Assembly: GCA_020431915.1 (NCBI GenBank)
Contig: JAGQHJ010000003.1
Coordinates: 29,032-93,031 of the forward strand
Length of the DNA stretch: 64,000 bases
Source: Cyanobacteria bacterium HKST-UBA04
GTDB taxonomy: Bacteria; Cyanobacteriota; Vampirovibrionia; Vampirovibrionales; JAGQHJ01
Reading direction: 5' to 3'
The notes below the pieces were generated by a model. It was not told the origin of the DNA. It did not search any database and saw nothing but the letters and a program-made list of their open reading frames with translations. Both the position numbers and the translations under genes were made by a program. Below are positions 55,731 through 64,000 of the stretch, one piece after another. Positions within the stretch are counted from its first letter, which is position 1. Each line of letters starts with the position of its first letter.

Positions 55731-56231
55731 TTAGATGGTATAGAAGTACTTGATCCAGTCCTGGTAATGGGTCAGATCGCGCGACTGCTTGCTGATTTCA
55801 AAGTTCATGAAGTTGACGGGCCGGACCGGTCGTTTTTTGATGGGCATGGCCGCCTCCTCCGGTGTTCGGTTGCCTTTCTTGGTATTGCAGTGATGGCACG
55901 CCACCACGCAGTTTTCCCACTCGTCCCGGCCGCCACGCGAACGGGGCAGCACGTGGTCAATCGTCAGGTTGTGGCCTCGCCGGCTGCAGTACTGGCAGGT
56001 GTATTTGTCGCGGTGCATTAGGTTCTTTCGGGTTAGCGGAATGCTTTTATAGGGGGTTTTGATGTAGTACAGCAGCCGAATGACGGACGGTAGCGCCATG
56101 TCGTTGTTGACGGTTGCCCCCTGGTGCTCGACACTGGTGGCCTTGCCTTTTAGTAGCAGTACGACTGCCCGTTTCCAGGAGCAGATGTTCAGTGGTTCAT
56201 AGGACGCGTTTAACAGGAGTACTTTTTTCAT
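55731..56231 (-). CDS. Standalone HNH endonuclease-domain protein
   Basis: CQYC...DHVLPRSRGGRDEWENCVVACHHCNTKKGN (CxxC...H-N-H...CxxC). Confidence 0.8.
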   Translation of the reverse strand: MKKVLLLNASYEPLNICSWKRAVVLLLKGKATSVEHQGATVNNDMALPSVIRLLYYIKTPYKSIPLTRKNLMHRDKYTCQYCSRRGHNLTIDHVLPRSRGGRDEWENCVVACHHCNTKKGNRTPEEAAMPIKKRPVRPVNFMNFEISKQSRDLTHYQDWIKYFYTI

Positions 56232-56639
56232 CGGGGTTCCTCACGTGTACGAATTCGCCCTGGTGTTTAGCCCTCTATCCCGGTTGATTCGCGCATGGGG
56301 CAACGACCAGACGCATTGTCTGTGCAATGAAAAACAAACCATATGAAACTGGCCAAATCGCGTTATGCCAAAGGGGTAATAACGGTCGGAGAAGGTCGCA
56401 CCCTCACTTTCAACACGGTGTTGCTAATGGCGACATATGGATGTTGAAATAACCTGGAAAAAATTGCCCGCCTCTTTTTAGGGTTGAACAGGGTTGAAAC
56501 CCTTTGAGTAAAGGTCTTACAGAGCTTGGCAGGCCTTTTTCTAAGTGTACTGCATTTCTGTAGGCGTGTCTAGACTACTACGGCCGTCTCGTAGGCAGTA
56601 TCGCGTTATTTGGGCCGGTTTGCCGCCAGAGGCGTTTGG

Positions 56640-57422
56640 CTAGAACAGGCGAAAGTCGCTGAGGCACCCCATGGCCACCAGTCGCACGTAGGCATCGGCG
56701 GCCCAAACGGCAAAAAGCGAAATCCAGAAATACTTGCCGTGATGCTCGTTGAGCTTGCTGACCACTGACCAGAGGGTGTGCTTGGCCTGGGAGCAGCCGG
56801 ATTTGGAGAAGTGGTTGAGGCGTCCGCCAATCAAATGCCGCAGGCTGTGGCACGAAAACACGTACAGGGTCAGGAACAAGGCATCCAGGGTAATGACCAG
56901 GGTGCCCAGGCCGACATGGAAGCCGTCCTCGAACTGGGTGGCCTGCCAGACGTGGCTCCAGTGAAACACGACCAGTACCAGGGCCAGGTATAAAAAGTAG
57001 CGGTGCATGTTCAGCAGTACAAACGGAAACGCCTTTTCACCGGTATAGTTAATGGGCTTGGGCAGTTCGACGGCACAGCTTGCCGGGTCGTTAAACACGG
57101 CCCGGTGGTATACGCGGCGGCAAAAATAACATGTGGCCCGAAAACCCAGGGGCATCCAGATAACCAGAAAGGCCGGGGAGAATTTGACCCAGTTGAAGGT
57201 CTCTGGGAACATCGCCGTGAGGTGGGGCGAGTAAAATGGCGAGAGGTAGGGGCCCCATTCGTAATGGGTGTTTTGAAGCACCGCCCAGATGGTATACACC
57301 GTGAACAAGGCAAAGGTGACCAGGGAAAAAACGTTTTCGCCCCACCAGGCGTCTTGCCGGTGGGTTTTAAAGGGGCCGCAGGGGCGTGGGGCGACCGGTA
57401 CGGTTGAGGGATGGGCAATCAT
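56640..57422 (-). CDS. Five-helix Cys/His-rich membrane protein, possibly a cytochrome b-type quinone-oxidoreductase anchor
   Basis: Five hydrophobic segments with His inside or next to the helices (NMHRYF, FHWSHVW, SCHSLRH, NEHHGKYF). Cys cluster CYFCRR...SCAVE. The family assignment is from memory only. Confidence 0.4.
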   Translation of the reverse strand: MIAHPSTVPVAPRPCGPFKTHRQDAWWGENVFSLVTFALFTVYTIWAVLQNTHYEWGPYLSPFYSPHLTAMFPETFNWVKFSPAFLVIWMPLGFRATCYFCRRVYHRAVFNDPASCAVELPKPINYTGEKAFPFVLLNMHRYFLYLALVLVVFHWSHVWQATQFEDGFHVGLGTLVITLDALFLTLYVFSCHSLRHLIGGRLNHFSKSGCSQAKHTLWSVVSKLNEHHGKYFWISLFAVWAADAYVRLVAMGCLSDFRLF

Positions 57423-57545
57423 AAAATGCGAAGGGGGGACCCGGCTCCGTTGCTTACGAAAACAGCCTTACTATCATAGGCCTATGTCAGGCTGGCATAT
57501 ACGGGTTTTCTCAAGGTTGCTGGCCTCAGGCCTTGGGCCAGCCAA

Positions 57546-59450
57546 TTAGGCGGGTTCGGGGGTTACCATAATAAACAGTTCGGAACCATCCTCGGCCTTG
57601 GGGTATTCGTCAATGTGGTAAAAGTGCAGTACGTTTTGTGTGTCGATTAAAAATAGAGGATAGGCCCGATCCCCGAAGCTGTTGATGATGGTTTCGAAGG
57701 TGTTGTCCTTTCGGATAACCGTCGATTGGATGGTGGCCCCGTGGTTGGCCAGTTGGGTCATGACCTGGAAGGTCAGGTCGGTGTCAAAAAGGATGTGGCC
57801 CCGTACCTCATCGGCCAGTGATTCGCGGATGTTTTCGCCGTATTTTTTGCTGGGCTGCAGCTGGTAAATGTGATCCGAGTCGAAATACTCGGCCATTCTG
57901 ACCGAGGCCAGCGAGTTGACTTCGTCGTTGGGCGTGATGGCCAGCATGTAGCCCAAATCCGTCAGGTCAAGCTGGCCATCTTGCGTGATGGAGCTTGAGA
58001 GAATGTTGGCGTGTAAGGCATTTAGGCCACTGCTGATAGCGGTGTCAACGTTCTGGGCACTGGTGTCAACCAGCACGACGGGGTGCTTGGTTTCCGTCAG
58101 GCGTCGGGCCAGTTCACGGGCCCAGGTGTGGCAGCCTACAATCAAAACCCCCTGTGGGCTGGTGGCCGACAGGCCCAGCATTTTGGCGACCGGGCTGATC
58201 GTCAGGCTGTAGACGGTAATGGTAATGAGAATGGTAAAGAAGGTCATCGGGATGATCATCTCGGCTTTGGGGTACCCCGATTCCACCAGGCTCAAGGCCA
58301 CGATGGCCCCGATGGAGGCTGCCACAATCCCCTTGGGGTTCAACAGACTGATAAAGAGCCGTTCGCGAAAGTTCAGGCTGCTGTTGCGTGTCCCAATCAA
58401 TACGCCAATGGGGCGGGCCACGAACATCACCACGAGCACGTACAAGAGGCTTTTGAAGTTGATCAGGGCCAGGTCGTTGAGGTTGAGGCGCGACGAGAGG
58501 ATGATGAAAAGAACGGAGATGAGCAGCAGCCTCAGGTTTTCCTTGAACTCGATGACATGCTTGACGGTGATGATTTTCTGGTTGGCAATCAGCAAGCCCA
58601 TCACCGTGGCAGCCAACAGGCCGCTGTCTTTTTGCAGGGCGTTGGCCGCCAGGAAAAAGGCAAAGAGGAAAGCCAGCGAGGTGGTGCTGTGCAAAAAGTC
58701 GGGGATGAAGCGGAAGCGGAACATCTGGATCAGGATGATGGCCCCGATGGCCCCGACCAGCAGTCCCAGGGCAATAAACTTGAGTACGCCAATGATGAAG
58801 AACCCCATTGTGTAAAAATTCAGCACAGCGGTGTGCTGCAGCTCGCCATGCTGGATGGCGTCAAAAACGATGATGACGAGCATCCCGCCGATGGGGCCAT
58901 TGAAGATGCCTTCCCATTTCAGAATGCTGTTGAGTTTGCTCGTTAGTTTGGCATGGCGCAGAATCGGCCCCATGGCTGTTGGGCCGGTAATAATCATCAC
59001 GGCGCCCAGCAAAATGGCGAGCATGATGTTCATGTCCAGCAGGTAGACGCCGGCGATGGCTACAATCAGCCAGTTAATAAGGGTGGCTACCGACAACAGG
59101 TTCTTGATAATCGGCCCATGGAGCGAGAGCTCCTTAAAATTCAGGCTCAGGCCGCCTTCGTACAGGATGATGGCGGCCGAAAGCGACACGATGGGTTTGA
59201 GCAGATCGCCAAACAGGGCATCGGGGTGGATGGCCCCAAACACGGTACCTGCCAACAGGCCGCAGACCAGCAGCGGCAGAATGGACGGCAGGCTCATGCG
59301 CCAGGCTAGCCATTCGGCAAAAATACCCAGACAAATAATAAACCCCACACTGTGCAAGGGGGAGGGCAGCAACAATTGGATTGGGCCAGCAACAGCTTGC
59401 TGAAAGGATTCTAGAAACAAAAGCAACCCCTGCACGATTACGCTATACAT
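57546..59450 (-). CDS. Cation:proton antiporter (CPA1/NhaP-type) with C-terminal RCK/TrkA-N-like domain
   Basis: About 12 hydrophobic helices, the exchanger block ILYEGGLSL, then a cytoplasmic LIVGCHTWARELARRL Rossmann-like domain. Confidence 0.85.
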   Translation of the reverse strand: MYSVIVQGLLLFLESFQQAVAGPIQLLLPSPLHSVGFIICLGIFAEWLAWRMSLPSILPLLVCGLLAGTVFGAIHPDALFGDLLKPIVSLSAAIILYEGGLSLNFKELSLHGPIIKNLLSVATLINWLIVAIAGVYLLDMNIMLAILLGAVMIITGPTAMGPILRHAKLTSKLNSILKWEGIFNGPIGGMLVIIVFDAIQHGELQHTAVLNFYTMGFFIIGVLKFIALGLLVGAIGAIILIQMFRFRFIPDFLHSTTSLAFLFAFFLAANALQKDSGLLAATVMGLLIANQKIITVKHVIEFKENLRLLLISVLFIILSSRLNLNDLALINFKSLLYVLVVMFVARPIGVLIGTRNSSLNFRERLFISLLNPKGIVAASIGAIVALSLVESGYPKAEMIIPMTFFTILITITVYSLTISPVAKMLGLSATSPQGVLIVGCHTWARELARRLTETKHPVVLVDTSAQNVDTAISSGLNALHANILSSSITQDGQLDLTDLGYMLAITPNDEVNSLASVRMAEYFDSDHIYQLQPSKKYGENIRESLADEVRGHILFDTDLTFQVMTQLANHGATIQSTVIRKDNTFETIINSFGDRAYPLFLIDTQNVLHFYHIDEYPKAEDGSELFIMVTPEPA

Positions 59451-59699
59451 AGATAGTAAGTCTTTATTTTAACATGGCTTGTCCGGCCGCCATACTGGTG
59501 TTCACAAAGAACCTGCGCGGCGATTGGATTTTTAACACCCTGTAAAAAATAGCTCTGGGTTTGTCGGGTTTCGTGAACAGCCCCTTTTATTCAGAGGTGG
59601 CGCATGTTGAGTGGTGGGGGTGCCCCATGGTAGTATCGGCCTACCAGGTTTCAAAAAAAAAGTATGTATAAATGAGTAACTACAATCGGGAGGGTGCCG

Positions 59700-60062
59700 A
59701 TGGGTGTCGTGGCCAGTAAACCAATACCTTTACCAGAAAGCCCTATTGGGTGTCCGGTTGATTCGCTGTTGCGGCTGATTACCGGCCAGTGGACGCTGTA
59801 TTTGATGTGGCGCCTGCACCATGAAGGCCCCAAGCGCTTTGGTCAACTCAAGCGTGATCTGGGGGGGATTTCGGCCAAGGTGCTTACCGAGCGGCTGCGC
59901 ATGCTCGAGGAGTACGATCTGGTACAGCGTGACGTGAAACCGACCCGGCCGCCCGAGGTTACCTATACCTTGACGCAGCGGGCCCGCGAGCTGTTGGAGA
60001 TTATGTCGCCGCTGTACCAATTGGCGTGCAAGTGGGCCAAGGAAGCCGAGTGGGATCGCTAA
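59700..60062 (+). CDS. HxlR-family transcriptional regulator
   Basis: CPVDSLLRLITGQWTLYLMWRL...FGQLKRDLGGISAKVLTERLRMLEE, a winged-helix HxlR pattern. GGGAGGG lies 6 nt before the ATG. Confidence 0.85.
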   Translation: MGVVASKPIPLPESPIGCPVDSLLRLITGQWTLYLMWRLHHEGPKRFGQLKRDLGGISAKVLTERLRMLEEYDLVQRDVKPTRPPEVTYTLTQRARELLEIMSPLYQLACKWAKEAEWDR

Positions 60063-61597
60063 TCGTCAATCCAGCAGGCGTCAATCGTTTCGGGTTGTGA
60101 CAAGGCACGGCCCGGGGCGGCTTTAGCAATGCCGCCGAGCATGCCGTCGAAGACCACGTTGTGAACCGGGCTGACGGCCCACCAGTACAGCAGCCCCAGC
60201 AGGCCTTTGGGAATGAACATGGCCGACTGGATTAAGGCCACCCGGTTGGGAGACACCTGCCTGAGGCGGTATTGCAGGTAGGCTTCGCCGGGTACTTTCA
60301 TCTCGGCTTTCAGGTGCAGTCGTTCCGGGGGTTCGACACGGATCACCCGCCAGCAGTCCAGCGCATCGCCTACGCTGACGGTGTGTTGATCCTTGCGCCC
60401 CCGGCCGTAGCCCACCCCGCCAAACAACAAATCCATGGCGCCCCGGATTTGCCAGAGCAGGCGGCTGGAATAATAGCCACTGGCCCCGCCGATTTCCACC
60501 ACCGGTTGCCACACATCTTCCAGTCGGCCTTCGATAATAATCTCGCGGTTGTCCTGGTAGTAGGTACCGCCCGACCAGTCGGGATCACCGGGGTAGGGCA
60601 AGGCGGCATCCGGCATTTCACCGGCGTCCGTCCAGTGGCTGGTGACCTGGTTGTCCTTGACCCGAAGCAGGGCGAGGTTAATGGCTTCCTCGGCCGTAAA
60701 CACCTTTTGCACAATGAGATCGCGAATGCGATTTTCCTGGCAGACCACCGGGTTGCGCAACCCTTCGGCCAGCGGGCGGGCAATGTAGTTGGGGACGGGT
60801 GTCACCAGTCCTATCCACCACGAGCTGATGGTGGTGGTGAAGAACGGAATGGACACAATCCATCGCGGCCGAAGCCCGGCACAACGGGCGTAGGTGTTCA
60901 TCAGTTCGGCATAGGTCAGGATGTCGTCGCCGCCGATGTCAAACATGTCGTTGAAGGTGGCCGGGTTGTTCAGGCAGCCCATCAGGTATTGCAGCACGTT
61001 GCGGATGGCAATGGGCTGGCAGGGGGTGTCTACCCATTTGGGGGTAATCATGGCCGGCAGGCGTTCGACGATGTAGCGCAAAATTTCGAAGGAGGCGCTG
61101 CCGGAACCGATGATCATGGCAGCCCGCAGCACGGTTAGTGGGGTGGGGCCCTCGCTCATGATCAGGGCCACTTCCGTTCGCGAGCGCAGGTGCGGGCTCA
61201 GGGTCCGCTTGGGGTCGTTAACGCCCAGGCCGCTCAGGTAAATAATCTGCTGCACGTTGTGGCGGGCGGCCGTGTCGCGCAACAGGCAGGCGGCGGTTCG
61301 GTCGACCTGCTCAAAGTGATCGTGGTGGGTGGCATTCATTGAATGCACCAGGTAGTACACATGCGAGCAACCCGAAACCGCGCGGTCCACGGCATCGGCA
61401 TCCAGGGCATCGGCGGCCATCAATTCCACATTGGGGTGGTTGGCCCAAGGGCGGTTGCGCAGCTTGGAAATGCTCCGGCTGACTGCCCGGACACGTACCC
61501 CGGCTTCCAGCAGCAGGGGCACCAATCGGCCACCGACGTAGCCGGTTGCCCCTAATACCAGTACGGTGGTTACGGAAGGCTCGTCGGGTGTGGGCAT
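60059..61597 (-). CDS. NAD(P)-binding SDR-fold protein fused to a DUF2867-like C-terminal domain
   Basis: LVLGATGYVGGRLVPLLLEAG Rossmann motif. The ~510-aa architecture is typical of SDR+DUF2867 proteins. Confidence 0.7.
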   Translation of the reverse strand: MPTPDEPSVTTVLVLGATGYVGGRLVPLLLEAGVRVRAVSRSISKLRNRPWANHPNVELMAADALDADAVDRAVSGCSHVYYLVHSMNATHHDHFEQVDRTAACLLRDTAARHNVQQIIYLSGLGVNDPKRTLSPHLRSRTEVALIMSEGPTPLTVLRAAMIIGSGSASFEILRYIVERLPAMITPKWVDTPCQPIAIRNVLQYLMGCLNNPATFNDMFDIGGDDILTYAELMNTYARCAGLRPRWIVSIPFFTTTISSWWIGLVTPVPNYIARPLAEGLRNPVVCQENRIRDLIVQKVFTAEEAINLALLRVKDNQVTSHWTDAGEMPDAALPYPGDPDWSGGTYYQDNREIIIEGRLEDVWQPVVEIGGASGYYSSRLLWQIRGAMDLLFGGVGYGRGRKDQHTVSVGDALDCWRVIRVEPPERLHLKAEMKVPGEAYLQYRLRQVSPNRVALIQSAMFIPKGLLGLLYWWAVSPVHNVVFDGMLGGIAKAAPGRALSQPETIDACWIDD

Positions 61598-61673
61598 AGG
61601 CGAAAAGAAAGGCGGTGTTAAACCACGGAACTGACCTTAACCGGGGTGTACCGGCATTTGGTGCGGTACGACG

Positions 61674-62312
61674 TTAAAAGAAGCGCAGCAAGCCGGGTAA
61701 AAACGAAAACTGTTTGTTGCCTTGGGTGGCGGCGGTCATGCGCTTAACGGCACGGCGGCCCATAAACTGCGGGAACTCGTCGATCTCGCTTTGATAGGTC
61801 CATAAGGCAAAGTTGTCGGGGGCCACCAGTTTCATTTGCACCACGCTGTAGCGACCACCCAGGGGGGGCTCGGTTACCTGCAACGGGCTTTGGCTGGTTT
61901 TGAAACGGGAGGTGTTGTACTTGGGCGGACGAATCAACGTGGAGACAAGCACGGCATCGGCTTCATCCGGGCTCGACATCAAATCAAAGCCTTCCTTGAT
62001 GAGGGTCTGCTCTACGTACAGGTTAAACTTCTGGGCAAAGGCCTTGTTGTCCCGCAGCTGGCCGTGCAGGGGCTCCACGTAAATCCGGTGCACGTCCTCG
62101 ATGGTAACGTAGCGGTTCTTGACCACCTTGTCCGAGGAAAAGGGCTTGTCATCGTCCACTTCCAGCTTGAACTCCTCGGGCTGCAGCGCCTGCTCTATGG
62201 CTTTGCGCTGCGGCACGCTCATGCTGTCGGCATAAGCGACATGGGGGGCTGGTACAGCCAAAAGTAGCGCGAAGGTCAAGCTCAGGGGAATGCCCCAGGG
62301 GTGTTTCATCAA
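61674..62312 (-). CDS. Hypothetical secreted protein
   Basis: Signal peptide MMKHPWGIPLSLTFALLLAVPAPHVAYA. No recognisable domain. The C-terminus is LPGLLRFF. Confidence 0.6.
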   Translation of the reverse strand: MMKHPWGIPLSLTFALLLAVPAPHVAYADSMSVPQRKAIEQALQPEEFKLEVDDDKPFSSDKVVKNRYVTIEDVHRIYVEPLHGQLRDNKAFAQKFNLYVEQTLIKEGFDLMSSPDEADAVLVSTLIRPPKYNTSRFKTSQSPLQVTEPPLGGRYSVVQMKLVAPDNFALWTYQSEIDEFPQFMGRRAVKRMTAATQGNKQFSFLPGLLRFF

Positions 62313-62445
62313 TCCAGCTCAAACGTATTGGGGGACTATGGGCCAAGCCTGCTTGTGGGGTGTTTAAGGGGGAAATCCGTCAAACGGGCCTGATGCTCCC
62401 ATTAAACCACAGTTCAGCTGGGGCTTGATGGGGGTCGGGTGCAAA

Positions 62446-63744
62446 TCAACCGATTGGTTGAGACCCGGCTTGAGAACCCGGTTTTGTGCCGGTGGGGGGT
62501 GTAGCGGTGTTCAGGGCGGCTCGGTGGGCCAGGGCCTGCTCCACGGCTTCGTCGGGGCTGGCGGCGAGTACGTTAATGTGGCCCATTTTGCGGCCTGGCC
62601 GGGCGCTGGCCTTACCGTACCAAACCCCATGGCTGTTGGCCGGCAAGCTGGCCGCCCAGGCCACAGGATCTACGGTTAGGTTCATGTTTAGGTCCGGGTT
62701 TAGGTCCGGGTTGCGGGGCAAGTGGTCACCAAGCAGGTTGACCATGGCTGCCCCGCCAATGCCTGGTTTGAGGCTGGGTTCTGACAGAGGCAGGCCGCAG
62801 ACGGCGCGCACATGCTGTTCAAATTGCGAGCAGACCGCCGCATGCTGTGTGACGTGGCCGGAGTTGTGTGGCCTGGGGGCGCATTCGTTAATCAGCAGTT
62901 GACCGTCGGCCGTGACAAAAAACTCCACGCACAGCAACCCCCGGTAATCCAACAGGGTCAGTATACGGTTGGTCAGGTGCTGTGCCGCCTCGGCCATCGT
63001 GGCATCGACGGGGGCTGGCCACTGGGTGGTATCAAGGATGTGGTGGCGGTGGTGGTTCAGGAAAGGCCAGTAAAAGGCTGTTTGGGTTTCGCCGCCTTGG
63101 GTCAGGGTGGTACGGGCACCAATGACGGAAATCTCAAAGGCCAGCGCTACCCAACTTTCCACAATGTAGGGTTGGTCCAGAGCCGCTTTTTCCAATACGC
63201 CGGCCAGATCTGTTGGGTGGTCGAGCCGGTACTGGCCCTTGCCGTCGTAGCCGAAGCCGGCGGTTTTCAGCACGCATGGGGTGCCAATACGGGCCACGGC
63301 CGCTTCGACGGCCGCGCGGTCACTCAGGTTGGCCAGCGCCTCAAAGGGGACGGTTGGCAGGCCGTGGGTGCTGAAAAACGTTTTTTCCTGCAGGCGGTTG
63401 GAAAACGTTTCGAGGGCCTGTTTGTTGGGGTAAACCGGTACGCCCAGCCTGCTCAGGGTGTCCAGAGCGATGGGGGACACGTTCTCGAACTCCAGGGTCA
63501 CCAGATCCGTCTGCCGTGCAAAGTCGGCCAAGGCATCGGTGTCGGTATAGTCGGCCTGTATAAACCCGTCGGCAACCTGGGCGGCCGGTGGGGCCATGCC
63601 GTCGTTGGTGTCGGGGCCGAACACAATGACCTTCAACCCCAGGGCATGGGCGGCTTCGGTACTCATGCGCCCCAACTGGCCGCAACCCAGAATACCAAGG
63701 GTTTGAACGGGTGTTTGGCTGGGATTAGTGGAAGAAGCGTTCAC
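62446..63744 (-). CDS. purK: N5-carboxyaminoimidazole ribonucleotide synthase
   Basis: [12 protein letters not shown] and ATP-grasp blocks. Start set at GTG 63742-63744, overlapping the purE stop; the track ORF's upstream part is the purE antiphase. Confidence 0.85.
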   Translation of the reverse strand: MNASSTNPSQTPVQTLGILGCGQLGRMSTEAAHALGLKVIVFGPDTNDGMAPPAAQVADGFIQADYTDTDALADFARQTDLVTLEFENVSPIALDTLSRLGVPVYPNKQALETFSNRLQEKTFFSTHGLPTVPFEALANLSDRAAVEAAVARIGTPCVLKTAGFGYDGKGQYRLDHPTDLAGVLEKAALDQPYIVESWVALAFEISVIGARTTLTQGGETQTAFYWPFLNHHRHHILDTTQWPAPVDATMAEAAQHLTNRILTLLDYRGLLCVEFFVTADGQLLINECAPRPHNSGHVTQHAAVCSQFEQHVRAVCGLPLSEPSLKPGIGGAAMVNLLGDHLPRNPDLNPDLNMNLTVDPVAWAASLPANSHGVWYGKASARPGRKMGHINVLAASPDEAVEQALAHRAALNTATPPTGTKPGSQAGSQPIG

Positions 63745-64000
63745 TGAAAACCTTGTCGGTTTGTTGTTGACGAAACGCGTCGAGCCGGGCGCGGTATTCC
63801 GGGTACTTGTTACCCAGAATGGACGTGGCCAGCACGGCTGCGTTGTAGGCACCGGCCTTGCCAATGGCCAGGGTACCCACGGCCACCCCCGACGGCATTT
63901 GTACAATGGACAGCAGCGAATCGATGCCGCGCAACGCTTTGCTTTGCACCGGCACACCAAGTACCGGCAGGCTGGTTTGGGCGGCAATCATGCCGGGCAG
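63725..64000 (-). CDS. purE: N5-CAIR mutase, C-terminal part (5' end outside the window)
   Basis: [45 protein letters not shown] is the conserved PurE core. Confidence 0.88.
   Translation of the reverse strand: MPGMIAAQTSLPVLGVPVQSKALRGIDSLLSIVQMPSGVAVGTLAIGKAGAYNAAVLATSILGNKYPEYRARLDAFRQQQTDKVFSERFFH

Noticed and set aside
54576-56231. An integrated element at tRNA-Ser, given the HNH gene nearby.
   Set aside because: There is no integrase, no direct repeat of the tRNA 3' end downstream and no compositional break. bioB lies between the tRNA and the HNH gene.
62313-62445. A 6S RNA gene downstream of purK, a synteny I recall from cyanobacteria.
   Set aside because: The spacer is only 133 bp and shows no long closing helix or central-bubble architecture.

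Overview
This 64-kb window is GC-rich bacterial chromosome, densely packed with housekeeping genes on both strands. fabZ-lpxA indicates a diderm organism. Many proteins carry Pro/Thr/Ala-rich linkers or terminal extensions. The lineage cannot be determined without a search, although the long N-terminal RecG extension is the type I recall from cyanobacteria-related lineages.

Recognisable content:
- sucD (3' part), recG, uvrA, an AMP-forming acyl-CoA synthetase
- a ribE-ribBA-ribH operon, pyrE, rsmG, fabZ-lpxA-glmU
- a sugar ABC importer with a binding protein and two permeases but no ATPase
- a response regulator / histidine kinase / lipoprotein hydrolase operon
- dus, an IMPase, purA, hom-thrC, comF, tRNA-Ser(UGA), bioB
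- a standalone HNH protein, a CPA1 antiporter, hxlR, purK-purE

I found no rRNA, CRISPR array, transposase, integrase or recognisable phage or defence module.

The most unusual parts are:
1. A six-gene cluster after purA. It has three membrane-anchored arylsulfotransferase-like paralogs, a PAPS-type sulfotransferase broken at a T9 tract, a 64-aa membrane peptide and a QLGLP-repeat protein.
2. A 620-bp hairpin-dense non-coding region upstream of uvrA that could be an ncRNA or leader. It adjoins an AT-rich stretch and two orphan genes.
3. Tandem glycine-zipper paralogs.
4. A 1,100-aa STAND-like ATPase-TPR protein.
5. Several short tandem repeats in promoter or spacer regions.

All functional calls come from motif recognition by eye and need HMM or BLAST confirmation.
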